Part shown: positions 24,744-39,459 of the stretch, in pieces
Position numbering within the stretch: position 1 is the first letter of the stretch
How the letters are laid out: each line of letters starts with the position of its first letter
From: Octopus vulgaris
Taxonomy: Eukaryota
Length of the DNA stretch: 64,000 bases
Assembly: GCA_951406725.2 (NCBI GenBank)
Contig: OX597834.1
Span: 5,952,001-6,016,000 of the forward strand
Reading direction: 5' to 3'
The notes under the pieces: model-generated
The model's input: only the letters and a program-made list of their open reading frames with translations
Databases searched by the model: none
Told to the model about the DNA's origin: nothing
Made by a program: the position numbers and the translations under genes

Positions 24744-25062
24744 GGGTCATGGCTCAGTGGCTTCAGCCTCAGGCTCACAATCATGAGATTGTGAGTTCAA
24801 TTCCTGGACCAGGTTGTGTGTTGTGTTCTTGAGCAAGACACTTTATTTCACATTACTCCAGTTCACTTATCTGTAGAAATGAGTTGCACTGTCACTGATG
24901 CCAAGCCTTTCCCTTGGATAACAACAGTGGCATGGAGAGGGGAGCCCAGTATGCATGGGCAACTGCTGGTCTTCCATAAACAACCTTCCCTGGACTTGTG
25001 CCCCGAGGGGAACTTTCTTGGTGCAATCCCACAGTCATTCACGACTGAAGGAGGTTTTTACT
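24744..25062 (+). mobile_element. tRNA-derived SINE (family F-type head, tail as 54809-55146)
   Basis: tggctcagtgg...gagttcaattcc...ttcttgagcaagacacttt...ggtgcaatcccacagtcattcacgactgaagg. Confidence 0.78.
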
Positions 25063-25539
25063 CCTATTCAGGAAGTCTAGAAAATGTAGATTGGTTTCCG
25101 GTAGTATTTGTTACTCAGATGTGGGGATGTTGCTTTGTAGAAACAATGTCAAATTTAGAACGTCATATTTAAGTATCAAATCTCTACAAGAATACCAGCT
25201 TTCGGTTCCACAGATATTTTTATCTTTGAAAAGATTTTTATCAGTTTTTAGTAAGTGTTCTTTTAGAGTATCTGAGTCTTTAGAATATCTGCCAACTTTA
25301 TTGTCTCCTGTAGTATCAGACAGGTTGATGTATTAGCAGAGTTTTTGTGTTGAAATTTCTTTTCTCTTTGATAATGCCCTTTGTATAGCATTGTCCAGTT
25401 TGATGATGTATATTCACTATAATTGTAATAAAATTGTCATAAAATTTTCTTTTCTCTTGCCTTTTCATTATTATTATTATTATTATTGTTGTTGTTGTTG
25501 TTGTTGTTGTTGTTATTATTATTATTATTCTCGTCTTTC

Positions 25540-26620
25540 AATTTTATTTCCATTTCTTGCTGCATGTCTTCCCGACACCTAGGGCACAGAGAAAACACAG
25601 CATACATTTGTAGGCCATTAAAATGAACATATCAGATTGTTCGTTTGCAAAGTCGTATGATAGAGAGAAAGGAAAGAAGAAAAAAATCAAAAGAAAAACA
25701 AAGAAAATAAAAGGAAAAGAAAAAGAAAAAGAAAATTCACAGCGGCAATGCTCTTCTCAATCAATACATGTGACCAGTTACCTGTTATGACAATCTTTTG
25801 CACTTCCTGCATGGATAGTAATCCAGGGATCATTCTTAAATAATTTTCAGTTCCTTTTTTGATCATCCCAAGTGCTCCTATAATCACTGGTATTGTAACC
25901 ATCATGAGATGCCACATCATTTTTTTTTTTATTTCAATTACCAAATCTTTATATTTTCTGAGCTTATCAAATTCTTTTACCAAGATTTTATGGTCACAGG
26001 GTATGCTCATGTCAATCAATGAATAGATTTTATTGTTTTGGTTTTTTCACAACAATATCTGGTTTATTTGCTTTGATGGTCCAGTCTATACATTCAGGAA
26101 AGTCCCAAAGATTCATTACATTTTCTGCCTGTTACAACCTCAGGGTGGTACTTGTACCATTTGTCAACGGTTTTGATTTTGTAATGCCAACATATTATCC
26201 AGTGTAGATATTGGCTAACTCTGTCATGTCTTGATTTATACTCTATCTATCCATTCAGTCGAAGTCGACTCTCGGTCACTCGTTGGATCAGTGTCCTCCA
26301 GTCAGTTCTATCCTGGGCCGCTTCTTTCAGATTGGCTGTCAAGCCAGCGAGTTCTTGGTCGGCCTCTTTCTCTCTTGCCACTGACCACTGATTTATACTC
26401 TACAGGTGCTAAAACCTTACACCCAGAGATTAGCTGGTCCAGTTTCAATTTCATCATTACAGTACTGACACTTTGGGTCTACTCTATTTTTCATCACATT
26501 GGCTTGATTGTCCTGGGTTAATAAGCTCTCTGCCTTTAGCCCTGAGCTCCATAGCCACTGGTCAGTGTGCCTCTGATATACATTAGCTTGTTTGCTACAG
26601 GTCACATATTTGCCATTCAT
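25540..26620 (-). mobile_element. R4/Dong-like non-LTR retrotransposon 3' fragment (RLE endonuclease)
   Basis: WLWSSGLKAES...PKCQYC...KANKPDIVVK...IDMSIPCD..KEFDKLRKYKDL..IPVIIGALG..VQK; flanked by (ATT)n runs. Confidence 0.85.
26246..26388 (-). mobile_element. Short RTE 3' end inserted in the R4 fragment
   Basis: GKRERGRPRTRWLD / AAQDRTDWR; 14-bp TSD tgatttatactcta (26232-26245, 26389-26402). Confidence 0.8.
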
Positions 26621-26648
26621 TATTATCATTATTATAATAATAATAATA

Positions 26649-26680
<32 letters not shown>

Positions 26681-26849
26681 GGTGATGAGTGTGTAATCTT
26701 TGCATTCAAAGTTCAAATTCCGCAAGGGTCAACTATGCATTTCCTCCTTTTGGGGGTTAATAAATTAACTGCCAGTTGTGTACTGGTGTCGATGTAATCA
26801 ACTAGTACCCTTCTTCAAAATTTCAGGCTTTGTGCCTATAGTAGAAAGG

Positions 26850-26902
<53 letters not shown>

Positions 26903-26943
26903 GTTTTTCCGTCTTTCTTCAAATTATTATTATTATTATTGTG

Positions 26944-27011
<68 letters not shown>

Positions 27012-27540
27012 GTTTTTCCGTCTTTCTTCAAATTATTATTATTATTATTGTGATTATTATTGTGATTATTATTATTATTGTTATTATTATTATTATTATT
27101 ATTATTAAGGTGATTAGCCGGCGGAATTGTTTGCATGCCAGGTGAAATGCTTAGCAGTATTTCGTTTGTCTGCATGTTCTGAGTTCAAATTTTGCTGGGG
27201 GTTGACTTTGCATTTCATCCTTTCAGGTTCAATAAAATAGGTACCAGTTGCGGGGTCAATGAAATCAACTTACTCCCTTCCTTGAAATTGCTCGTCCTGT
27301 GCCAAAATTTGAAATCACCATCATTATTATTATTGTTATTATTATTATTTCAGTGGTTTGAACTTTGCCTTTCATTCTTTCAGGGTCGAGAAATTAAGTA
27401 CCAGTTATGCACTGGGCTCAAAGTAATCGATTTAACCCCTCCCACAAACTTCAGGCCTTCTGCTTATCATAGCCAAGATTTATTATTATTACGATTATTA
27501 TCATTATCATCATCATCATCATCATTGTTGTTGTTGTTAC
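26620..27540 (+). repeat. (ATT)n tract with three degenerate family C-type SINEs
   Basis: gttcaaatt...tttcatcctttc...gtaccagtt modules at about 26680, 27107 and 27355, separated by (att)n. Confidence 0.8.
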
Positions 27541-27546
27541 ATATAT

Positions 27547-27945
27547 AGGTGTAGAAGTGGCTGTGTGGTAAGTAGCTTGTTTACCAGCCACATGGTTCTG
27601 AGTTCAGTCCAACTGCGTGGCACCTTGGGCAAGTGTCTTCTGCCATAGCCTTGGGACGACCAAAGCCTTGTGAATGGATTTGGTAGATGGAAACTGAAAA
27701 GAAGCCCGTCGTATATATGTATATATATATATATATATGCGTGTGTGTGTTTGTCCCCCTAGCATTGCTTGACAACCGATGCTTGTGTGTTTATGTCCCC
27801 GTTACTTAGCAGTTCGGCAAAAGAGACCGATAGAATAAGTACTGGGCTTACAAAAGAATAAGTCCTGGGGTCAAGTTGCTCGATTAAAGGCGGTGTTCCA
27901 GCATGGCCACAGTCAAATGAGTGAAAAAAGTAAAAGAGACAAGAG
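27547..27945 (+). mobile_element. SINE family A
   Basis: Family A consensus. Confidence 0.92.
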
Positions 27946-28069
27946 AAATGTGTATTTTGTAGGTGTTGTAGTTTCACATTTGTACTTCTTCAACAGAAAT
28001 TTATGTCTTATCTCCAGGATTGAGGATTCAAAATTAATTTGTGTTGCAATGTAACTTTTCATTGCACAA

Positions 28070-28652
28070 ATACTCTTTACTCTTTTACTTGTTTCAGTCA
28101 TTTGAATGTGGCCATGTTGGAGCACCGCCTTTAGTCGACCAAATCGACCCCAGGACTTATTCTTTGTAAGCCCAGTACTTATTCTATAGGTCTCTCTTTT
28201 GCCGAACCGCTACATTACAGGGACATAGACACACCAGCATCGGTTGTCAAGTGATGTTGGGGGAACAAACATAGATACACAAACACATACACACACGCAC
28301 CTATATATATATATATATATCTGTATATATATACATATATATGATGGGCTTCTTTCAGTTTCCGTCTACCAAATCTACTCACAAGGCTTTGGTCGTAAAC
28401 ATACCATCATCGGTTGTCAAACGATGTTGGGGGAACAAGCATAGACACACAAACACATACACACATATATATATATATACATATATACGATGGGCTTCTT
28501 TCAGTTTCCATCTACAAAATCTACTCACAAGGCTTTGGTTGGCCAAGGCTATAGTAGAAGACACTTTGCCCATGGTGCCACACAGTGGGACTGAACCCCG
28601 AACCATGTGGTTGGTAAGCAAGCTACTTACCACACAGCCACTTCTACGCCTA
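28070..28652 (-). mobile_element. SINE family A with internal tandem duplication
   Basis: Segment catcggttgtcaa...cacaaggctttggt occurs twice (about 28225-28394 and 28395-28540). Confidence 0.88.
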
Positions 28653-29514
28653 TATAAACTTATACTATTTCATATTTCAGGTTCAAATAGTCACTATACC
28701 CTGCTCATGCTGAGACCACGGGGTTTAAAAGAAATACTTTCTTGGCACATATTTTCCCATACGTTTCTGTTTACTGAATATATGCTCTGTCAGTTTCTCT
28801 GCGATATGTGTAAGCACCAATTTATTTACATGTACTAATAAGTTATCTCGGTAGTCATCTGTGTCATTGCTTATATCACTGAAAATTTGCTGCTGTTACT
28901 GCCATGTCACTACTACTACTACTACTACTACTATAACTACTGCTGCTGCTGTTGCTGTTGTTATCATAGTCGTTCTTGCTATTCTTATATTGGTATTTTA
29001 TCATCTTGGCAAATTTTCAGTCTTTGGTGAGTTCTTTTTCTTTTGTTGTTGCTGTTTTCTTTTTTTTTTTTTTTTTTTTTGAGATTCTGGTCCTGCTGTC
29101 TCCATTTTATATCTTTTACCACCACCACCACCACCTCCTCCACCATCACCAGCACAACAGCAACAACAGCAACAACAACAATAACAAACCCAGCCAAACA
29201 CATTCATACTTTTAGTTTTTCTTCTATGTCTGTCTTTATAGTCCTTCGCCTCTCATTTCCCCTCCAAGACTATTCTTCTCTTTTGTGTTATCATGGTAGT
29301 AAAATATATTGGAAAACAATGACTCTTATTACCCTTTTTAGAAAGACTACATACTCAAAAGGAATCGACTTGAATTCTTCTAGTCCACTTCTGTCGACTG
29401 CAATTTAGACTTTTCTGTGTTTCTTGTTTTTCTTTTCCGATTTTATTCTTCTTACACTATTTATTTTACTTAACTGCTCTGTCCCTCAAATTGCTTCAGT
29501 CGTGTTTAAGTATT

Positions 29515-29772
29515 TTTATGTGTGTATGCATGTATGAAGGTATGTATGTGTGTATGTATGTATGTATGTATGTATGTATGTATGCCTGTATGTTTGTATG
29601 TAAGTACGTATGTATGAAGGTATGTATGTATGAAGGTATGTATGTATGTATGTAAGTATGTATGTATGAAGGTATGTATGTATGTATGAATGTATGTATG
29701 TATGTATGTATGTATGTATAAAGGTATGTATGTATGTGTGTATGTATGTATGAATGTATGTATGTTTGTATG

Positions 29773-29803
<31 letters not shown>

Positions 29804-30490
29804 GGTATGTATGTATGTATGTATGTATGTATGTATGTATGTATGCATGTATGTATGTATGTATGTATGTATGTATGTATGAAGGTATGTATGTATGTAT
29901 GTATGTATGTATGTATGCATGTATTTATGTGTGTATGAAGGTATGTATGTATGAAGTTATGTATGTATGAAGGTATGTATGTATGTATATATGTATGTAA
30001 GTATGTATGTAAGTATGAAGGTATGTATGTATGTATGTATGTGTATGTATGTATGTATGTATGTATGTATGTATGTATGTATGTATGTATGTATGTATGT
30101 ATGTATGTATGAAGGTATGTATGTATAAATGTATATATGTATGTATGAAGGTATGTATGTATGCATGAATGTATGTATGTATGCATGCATGCATGTATGT
30201 ATGTATGTATGTATGTATGTATGTATGTATTTATAAGATATGTATGTAGGTGTGTATGTCTGTAGGCAGGTTGTGTGGTAGTAAGGTAGGTAGCTAGGTC
30301 AGTAAGTAGGTAGGTAGGTATGTAGGTAAGAAGGTTGGCATGTAGATAGGTTGGTCAGTAGGTAAGTTGGTAGGTAGGCAGGCAGGTAAGAAGATCAGTA
30401 GGCAACATTCTAAGTAGGTAAGCTGATAGATAGGTAAATTGATTGATGGTAGTTAAGTAGGTATGCAGGTAGTTTGGTAGGTCAGTAGGT
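29515..30490. repeat. (TATG)n then degenerate (TAGG)n microsatellites
   Basis: Direct inspection. Confidence 0.95.
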
Positions 30491-30769
30491 TGATAGTTAA
30501 ACATTAGGGAAATGACATGATTCTTCAGTTTAGAAGTTTGTTTCAAAATTATGATTTCCTGGGTCTGCGCCCAATATGTGGGGTCCTTTGTGTAATGGAG
30601 ATTGGGTTAACCCAAGACTTAGTACAAATTTCAGGTTAACCCATTTCTTTGGATTAAACCAAAACTTGTGATTGAAGTTTGGTAAACAGAAAATGTGCAG
30701 AAGGATTCTACATGTAATTGCAATGTTCAGTTTGGTCAAGAACTGAGCCAAGTTGATTCCACACAAGGA

Positions 30770-31320
30770 TTAAACTAAGGGTATTTGTCCCTGGAGACTC
30801 TTAACTCTTAATGTAAGTTTGGCTAAGACAAGGATTTTAAAAGTTATTTGATAAACATTTACCTCCCGCATCTAGGTATAAAAGCATTTTCAATAGACAC
30901 ACACGAAAGTCACCTATCATTGGCACACACAATGAGAAGAGTATCCTTTTGTGCAAACCTAGCCTTAGCACTGAGGGTGGTTGTTTTGGTAGAGATACCA
31001 TTATATCCCCCACTTGATAGTCTCTGAAGTCAGGTCCAGAGGTTCAAGTGATACATCTAGCAGAAAATGCAATATCAGAATGATGGGAAATTCCTTCAAA
31101 ACATGATTAAACAAACACACCATATTTTTCTGGAATTTCTAAAAAAACAGAACTTCACTACCTTGGCCACACACATATGGTAGTTGAAGAAGAAGGCTGA
31201 AAACTATGAAATATGGTTTGTTAGGTGAAGGCAAGCTTTAGTGTAACAACAGCAGAAAAATGTAGATTGTGTTTATGAGAGAAGAGACATATTTCAGAGA
31301 TGTTTCATGTCCAGAATGTA
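30770..31320 (+). mobile_element. Decayed Penelope-like GIY-YIG endonuclease fragment
   Basis: Remnants NFTTLATHIW*LK and KCRLCL*EKRHI match the PLE C-terminal motifs T.L..HIW.LK and C.LCL.EK..I. Confidence 0.65.
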
Positions 31321-31347
31321 TCAATGCACTTAATCAAAAACTCACGG

Positions 31348-31403
31348 AATTTTGTCAGTGAACAGGTCATGGTCTCAAAGGGACGAAAATATTTTGACAA
31401 ATT
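31348..31403 (+). ncRNA. Minimal hammerhead-like motif, G3-C8 core variant
   Basis: tttgtca-GTGAACA-g-gtc(atggtctcaaagg)gac-GAAA-atat-TT-tgacaaa; 7-bp stem I, palindromic stem III aatatt; lies just 3' of the Penelope fragment. Confidence 0.55.
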
Positions 31404-31824
31404 AAATTTAAAAGTTGAAGTGAATCTATCGGTTTTTGTGTGTTTCTTAAATGGCTTATAAACACCTTCCATGCTGCAGTTGTTTTCGTTCCAGCACACG
31501 ATCTCAGATCAGGTCACTTGCTATGCAAGTACATCTCCTTAATACTTTCTGTTTATATGAGTGAAAAATATGTTCTGAAATACTGGTCCAAATTACCATA
31601 TTTGGTACTGATATATGGAGGTGTTGGTCTTCAACAATCAAGGATGTCGCAGTTTTTAGAGTTCCTGGTCATCTCCTTTTTTGAGACTTCATATTGAGAT
31701 CAGTGTTTGTCAGTGTGTCACAGGCCTTTCTGTGACATCATTTTCCACAGGTTGCCTCAACCTTTGAGCCCTTGCCATTTTATTATTCAGCTTGTAACAT
31801 CTGTCCACACTACATCGTATATAT

Positions 31825-33220
<1,396 letters not shown>

Positions 33221-33621
33221 TTAATACATCCACACATATATTGTCATCATCACTGTTGCTTCACATCCTCTATCCATCCTGACACGGGAATGGATGGGTT
33301 GTCGTCGTCCTCTTAGCTGGGTCTGAAGCCCCATCTCCAGTTCTGGGATGAAAATTTTTTAGGACACGGTCCTCTTCTACATAAGAATAATTTTTTTCCC
33401 CCTTGAAATTAGGATTTGGTTCTTCCTTTCCTCTTTTGCATTCTTAAATTTTTTGCCAGTGAACCAAGCCATGCACCAATAAAAGCATAAAGAAGCAAGA
33501 AACAACAGCATTTATGTAATAAGAGACTTTCATTTAGCCTCATGCTTCAGATATTTCCATATCGAAGCTTTTTCTTTCGTTATATTTTCCAGTGGTTGCA
33601 TGTTTTACTCTTGTATCAACA

Positions 33622-33839
33622 TCTCTTACTCTTTTTACTCTTTTACTTGTTTCAGTCATTTGACTGCGGCCATGCTGGAGCACCGCCTTTAATCGAACAA
33701 ATCGACCCCGGGACTTATTCTTTTCTAAGCCCAGTACTTATTCCATCGGTCTCTTTTGCCGAACTGCTAAGTGATGGGGACATAAACACACCAGCATCGG
33801 TTGTCAAGCAATGCTAGGGGGACAAACACAGACACAGAA

Positions 33840-33876
<37 letters not shown>

Positions 33877-34049
33877 CATATATACGACAGGGCTTCTTTC
33901 AGTTTCCGTCTACCAAATCCACTCACAAGGCTTTGGTCGGCCCGAGGCTATAGTAGAAGACACTTGCCCAAGATGCCACGCAGTGGGACTGAACCCGGAA
34001 CCATGTGGTTGGTAGACAAGCTACTTACCACACAGCCGCTCCTGTGCCT
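33622..34049 (-). mobile_element. SINE family A
   Basis: Family A consensus on minus. Confidence 0.92.
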
Positions 34050-34234
34050 GTATGATTTTTCATTAAAATCTGTAAAATTTCACGTATTCAATGGGAGGTT
34101 GTTCAAATTAATCACCTTAAAATCTGTAAATTTCTCACTTCTTTTTTTAATTCATGGCAACTCTGTTATAGAATATATAATTTTCATCATCAAAATTCCT
34201 CTTTATACCTCTACAGATTTTATATCAATAACAT

Positions 34235-34540
34235 CTGATCCGAATCGTGGCCGATGCCAGCGCCGCCTCGACTGGCTTCCGTGCCAGTGGCACGTAAATT
34301 GCACCAATCCGAACCGTGGCCGTTGCCAGCCTCGCCTGGCACCTGTGCGGGTGGCACGTAAAAGCACCCACTACACTCATGGAGTGGTTGGCGTTAGGAA
34401 GGGCATCCAGCTGTAGAAACATTGCCAGATAAGACTGGAGCCTGGTGCAGCCTTCTGGCTTCCCAGATCCCCGGTCGAACAGTCCAACCCATCCTAGCAT
34501 GGAGAACGGACGTTAAACGATGATGATGATGATGATGATG
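34235..34540 (+). mobile_element. SINE family B with internal short repeats
   Basis: ccgaatcgtggccgatgccag repeated; tail ggacgttaaac(gat)n. Confidence 0.85.
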
Positions 34541-35104
34541 AACATTAATTATACATATCTAGGCACAGGTGTGGTTGTGTGGTTAAGAAGTTTGCTTTCT
34601 TAATCACATGGTTCTGGGTTCAGCTCCATGGCGTGGCACTTTGGGAACACATTGGAGCTCTATGGAGTCCTTGGACACATCAGTTCTTGTCAAACCATCC
34701 AACCCATGACAGCATGGAACATGGACGTTAAATGATGAAGATAATGATTATGTGTATGTGTGAGTGTGTGTGTGTGTGTATGTGTGTGTGTGTGTGTGTG
34801 TGTATACGTACATACATACGTATGTCTGTATGTTTTTTTGTTTTTTTTTGTGCTGATAATTGGATGGTCCTTATGCTAATTTCAGAAAGCATTTCCAATG
34901 TAATCTTGGAAATCATTGGCACAGATCTCATTGTGAAATTGTTTAAGGAATTCCTCAGATATCATCTTCAACTACTTTCCACTTGCTTTCTTGTATCTTC
35001 AATCTTTCAAGAATATAGGTCAACAATATTTACCAAATCATGAATTCTCATTGTTTCTTGTTGATATAATATCACTATCTATCGAATCTGTGTAAAAAGA
35101 TTCG

Positions 35105-35330
35105 AGTAGGTCATTGCCAGTATCGCCTTACTGGCCCCATGCCAGTGGCACGTAAAAGGGACCCACTACACTCTCGGAGTGGTTGGTATTAGGAAGGGCA
35201 TCCAGCTGTAGAAACTCTGCCAGGTCAAGATTGGGTTCTGGTGCAGCCATCTGGTTTGCCAGCTCTCAGTCAAAATCATGCAACCCATGCTAGCATGGAA
35301 AGCGGACGTTAAACGATGATGATGATGATC
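35105..35330 (+). mobile_element. SINE family B
   Basis: Family B consensus with (gat)n tail. Confidence 0.85.
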
Positions 35331-35909
35331 TATCGATCTCCGTTTCCTATTTCTTATTACTGCATCCAATAGTCTTTGGCAAGGAAGACTCATGCAATCC
35401 TTATATTCAACAAACTCAATAAGTTGCAAAGCTTTCAAAAGATTGGTATCATTTCCTTTTATGTCATAGGTATCCCTTCTCTTTTTATGCATTTCAAAGG
35501 CCTTGATTGATCTGTTCATTAATTTTTCTGTTCATAGTATACTGAAATTTTTTGCTTGAAGAGCATTTGACAGTAATGGAAGTTCTTTATGCAAATCTGT
35601 CATGGTTGATAAATTTTCCAGAAATCATTTGTAGGAAAGATGGAGAACCATTCCTGTAGATTTCTATTTAAAAGCAAAATGGTTGAACAATGCTGGATAA
35701 GCACATCATAATGCAACTGCTGATCCAAGGCTGCAAGCAACCCATCTTGGTCCTAAACACAACAATTCTTTAGGATTTTATCCATGTTGTCTTAAAGTTT
35801 TAAAGAGTTCTGTTTGGTTGTTTTACTTCATTGGTGAAAAATCTTGTGTATTTCATCAATAGACAGGTTAAATCTTGTTTTATGTTTTTGACAGAATTAT
35901 TCAAAGCAA

Positions 35910-36269
35910 TTTTGTTTTTGGATTTGGTTTGCAAGATTCTTTATATGAGTTCGTGTGTTGAAGCATATTCTGTTGTGTCTGGGGAGAGTCATTTTCTTTT
36001 TGTGCCTAATAATGTAACATACTCACTGGTAAAATTTCCACTTTTTTCCTTATTTTTATTGACCTAAAATTTTCGTTGCGTCTTGCAACCTTTTCAATAG
36101 TATTGACTCAGTTTTCAATAGTTTCTAGAGTCAATACTATTGAAAAAGTTGCAAGACACAACGAAAATTTTAGGACAATAAAAATAAGAAAAAAAGTGGA
36201 AATTTTACCGGTGAGTGTGTTACATTATAAAGCACAAAAAGAAAATGACTCTCCCCAGACACAACAGAA
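35910..36269. mobile_element. Family P1 inverted-repeat element, copy 2
   Basis: Same sequence as 19417-19736; TSD tattcaaagcaa / tattcaaaacaa (35898-35909, 36270-36281); hammerhead-like motifs at 36064-36100 (-) and 36137-36173 (+). Confidence 0.82.
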
Positions 36270-36606
36270 TATTCAAAACAAGTTGCAGATAATAAACAAT
36301 TCCTGGAATTTCATTCTGAAATTTGGCACTCATTCTTGAAATCTTCTGAGTATTACACTTTCTACATTCAATACAAAATGCAATCAAATCATTTTTACTT
36401 TGAGACAGTCCTCATTGACTTCAGCAAAATGTAGACTTTATAATACTGAAATATGTATGACTTTTACATCGTATTGTTTCAACTCAAACCAAAAAGAAAT
36501 TTTAGTGAAAAATTACTGTATTCAACTTTCTTAAAAATGATGACAACTGGTTGACTTGGAATCATTGAAGCCTCGACACAAAGCTTATTTTCCATTGCAA
36601 TACATT

Positions 36607-37174
36607 TGTAGTGGTTAAGTGTGTATGTAAACAAATACGTAAACTGATTCATGATTGAAAGGAATTTATTTACAGGGTTATAGGTACACTACATACAAAT
36701 GTAGGCAACTGCTACGAGTTGCTAGAAATACAGAGTACATATTAGGAATGAATATGTTTGTGTGTGTGCGTGTTTCATTCGAAACAGTAGTCTATCGGCA
36801 CTTTGACATTTCTCTCTGTCTCTGTCATCTGCCAAAAACTTGGGTCGTAGATAGATCTATCTCATCTGTCTGCTCCCGTCTCTGCTGCAATTGTCTGCCT
36901 GCCTTTCTGTTTCACCCATGTATTTATAATATTTGTGGCAGCTAGAAAGACAGACATACTGCAGCAGAGTTTGTACCTAAATAGGTCAGCGCTTGTCCAG
37001 TTGAACTTCGCCTGATATGATGAGGTCGCAGGTCAAAGGGAGATGATCAATCAATTTTTGACAGGACAAAGAAAACCTTTTTTCATGCCTGTTGATTGTC
37101 GTGGTTTCAACGACTGAGAATTCTTGGATTCGGTTTTGAATCAAGGCTTAGAGAAGGAAGTGTTAATTCTTACA
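36607..37174 (-). mobile_element. Solo LTR (4-bp TSD, Ty3/Gypsy-like)
   Basis: TGTA...TACA termini; CATT duplicated at 36603-36606 and 37175-37178; minus-strand TATAAA (about 36925) upstream of AATAAA (about 36667); removal rejoins the host transposase (KLVQCIAMENKLC). Confidence 0.7.
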
Positions 37175-37188
37175 CATTGAACTAATTT

Positions 37189-37394
37189 TGGTGACAAGCT
37201 CACAGAATCATTAGCACACAGGACAAAGTATTTAGTGGCATTTTGTCTGTCTATACATATTGAGTTCAAAATCCACTGGGGGTGACTCTGCCTTTCATCC
37301 TTTTGGGGGCAATAAAATAAGTACAATTTGAACACTGGTGGTCAATGTAATTGACTTGTCCTTTCCCCCAAAATTGCTGGCCTCGTGCCAAAAC
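37189..37394 (+). mobile_element. Older family C-type SINE
   Basis: 12-bp TSD ttgaactaattt (37177-37188, 37395-37406). Confidence 0.8.
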
Positions 37395-37460
37395 TTGAAC
37401 TAATTTAATATCTGTCTTGTGGGAATGAAGTTCTATTACCCATTTCCATTTCATTGTTTA

Positions 37461-37848
37461 CTAGCAGTATCACCCGGCGTTGCTCGGGTTTGTAAGGGAA
37501 ATAACTATATAAGCATTTTTAGAGATGTAAAGTATAATAGCCATCTCAATATGGCTAACCACAAAGTTACTGTAGCTTTTTACGTTCTGAGATTTAATAA
37601 TGAATCTTTAGAGAGTTACTTCCCTTATATATGCCAAAAATGCATTAAAAATGGGAAAAATTGATGGTAAATTTTTTTTTAAATCGTAGACTCATCGTAG
37701 ATGCGCGCTAATACCCAGAAGGGCTCGATATGAATCACGACTATAAGATACCCGGTTTTGGTTAAACTGCACCGCAAAATGTGGAAGTAGTTAGGAATCT
37801 AAATCGTAGGAGACAGACAGCACACAACCTCTCTTTTATATATAAAGA
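37461..37848 (-). mobile_element. Non-autonomous Helitron
   Basis: 5' TC, 3' hairpin (cccgagcaacgccggg) plus CTAG on minus; homologous to 61708-62213. Confidence 0.82.
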
Positions 37849-38890
37849 TTTCTTACTCAATCTCAGATTCAGTTTTCAAAAGGGGTCTCTAATTCTGTAT
37901 TCAAAAGGGATCTGTTTCATTCTCTTACATCGTAGCTGGTACTAAACATTTTACTCGTGATGCTTCATATATTTTTCTTATTCCATCAATGGTTTTTGTA
38001 GCTGCATTCCTTCGAGGTTCCTTTAGTTGCATTACATATGACTGAAGTTGTATTACTTATTGCATATTATGTACTTTTGGTCAAAAATGGATTTTCATAT
38101 TTTTTTTTAAGAGGTTCCTACTGGAAGACTTTGTTTGTTCCTTAAGCCTTCAACATTGCAACTTCCCATTCTTTTGAAACATTTATTCCTTTAATGTTTC
38201 TGGACTCAATTTTTGTACAGTAATCACAGCCAAGTTTATTGTTGATATCAAGTAACCTTTTTATATTTTCTTTTGAACTTCCCAGCTGTCTTCATATTCT
38301 GGCACTCTAAAAGAGCACTATTTTCCTTCAACACAGTCTTAAGAGTTTCCTCACCTGTTAATGTTTGATGTTCGATCAATTCTTGCTTCAAAAGGTTCTC
38401 ACTTATTGAAGTTGTTGAAGGTTTTTCTTTCATCCTGATCTTCCTTCAAATCACTTCTTAGAATTTTCCTCATAAACTTCACCAAAATGCAAGTGTGACT
38501 GTGGTGATAAAGAAGCTTGTTTCATAACCACATGGTCTTGGGTTCAGTCCCACTGCATGCCACCTTGTACCATTCTTGTCTGTTATAGCCCTGAGTAGAT
38601 TTGGTAAACAGAAAATACAGACTGGTATATATATATATGCAACAACCCTGAAACATGTCTGCAGATGTCTGACTAGCAAGGTAAAGCGGCTGACCTCCTC
38701 TGTTCGAAGGTTGTAATGGACACAGGTTTGTGTGTCATATAGCTAGCTAGAGGTGATGGCCTCTTGGAGCTAATCAGCGATAGCTTTAGTCTTATATTTA
38801 TAGACTGCCATATTAGTATGGCGATAACTATTAATATCCAGTAACGCTGCCGTAATCTCCTTTAGAGAGACTTAGAAATTTTAATATTTC

Positions 38891-38925
<35 letters not shown>

Positions 38926-38926
38926 G

Positions 38927-38958
<32 letters not shown>

Positions 38959-38964
38959 TATATG

Positions 38965-39027
<63 letters not shown>

Positions 39028-39167
39028 TGATAAAAATGGTAAGACAGCAAAAGAATAAAAGAGACCTCGATATTATGTAAATAGAGGAATTTGGCATGGA
39101 TTTCCACCTTGGCATCCAAAATTCGGAGTTTTATTATGGCTACCGAATAATTGTCACGTATTACATT

Positions 39168-39203
<36 letters not shown>

Positions 39204-39370
39204 CACAGGAGTGGCTGTGCGGCAAGTAACTTGCTTCCCAACCACATCGTTCCAGGTTCAGTCCCACCCCATAGCACCTTGTACAATTGTATTTTACTAT
39301 AGCCTCAGGCTGACCAAAGCTGTGTGAGCAGATTTAGTAGATGGAAACTAAAAGCAGCCCGTCGTATATC

Positions 39371-39407
<37 letters not shown>

Positions 39408-39459
39408 GAAAAAACAAGTCGAGATAGAAAATGCAAAAGTAATTTTATAAAGAACATTT

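Larger units (their letters stand above)
33530..38480 (-). pseudogene. Fossil KIAA1586-like hAT-family transposase, fragmented by nested insertions
   Basis: Colinear minus-strand peptides: NNKLGCDYCTK..GINVSKEW (about 38200), LQLVLNNSVKNIKQ (36290/35890), VLGPRWVACSLGSAVAL*CAYPALFNHF (35700), LSNALQ..EKLMNRSIKAFE, SLPCQRLLDAVI, NDFQDYI (34900), IKSVEV*RGILMM (34200), DTRVK..IWK (33600). Order and motifs match KIAA1586 as I recall it. Confidence 0.8.

Noticed and set aside
25070-25405. Possible Penelope RT-linker remnant on minus (LDNAIQRAL)
   Set aside because: One weak motif only.
38640-39170. Hammerhead half-motifs (gaaacatgtc at about 38651; similar fragments near 39130, 48720 and 61435)
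   Set aside because: Core or stems are incomplete; cannot be supported individually.
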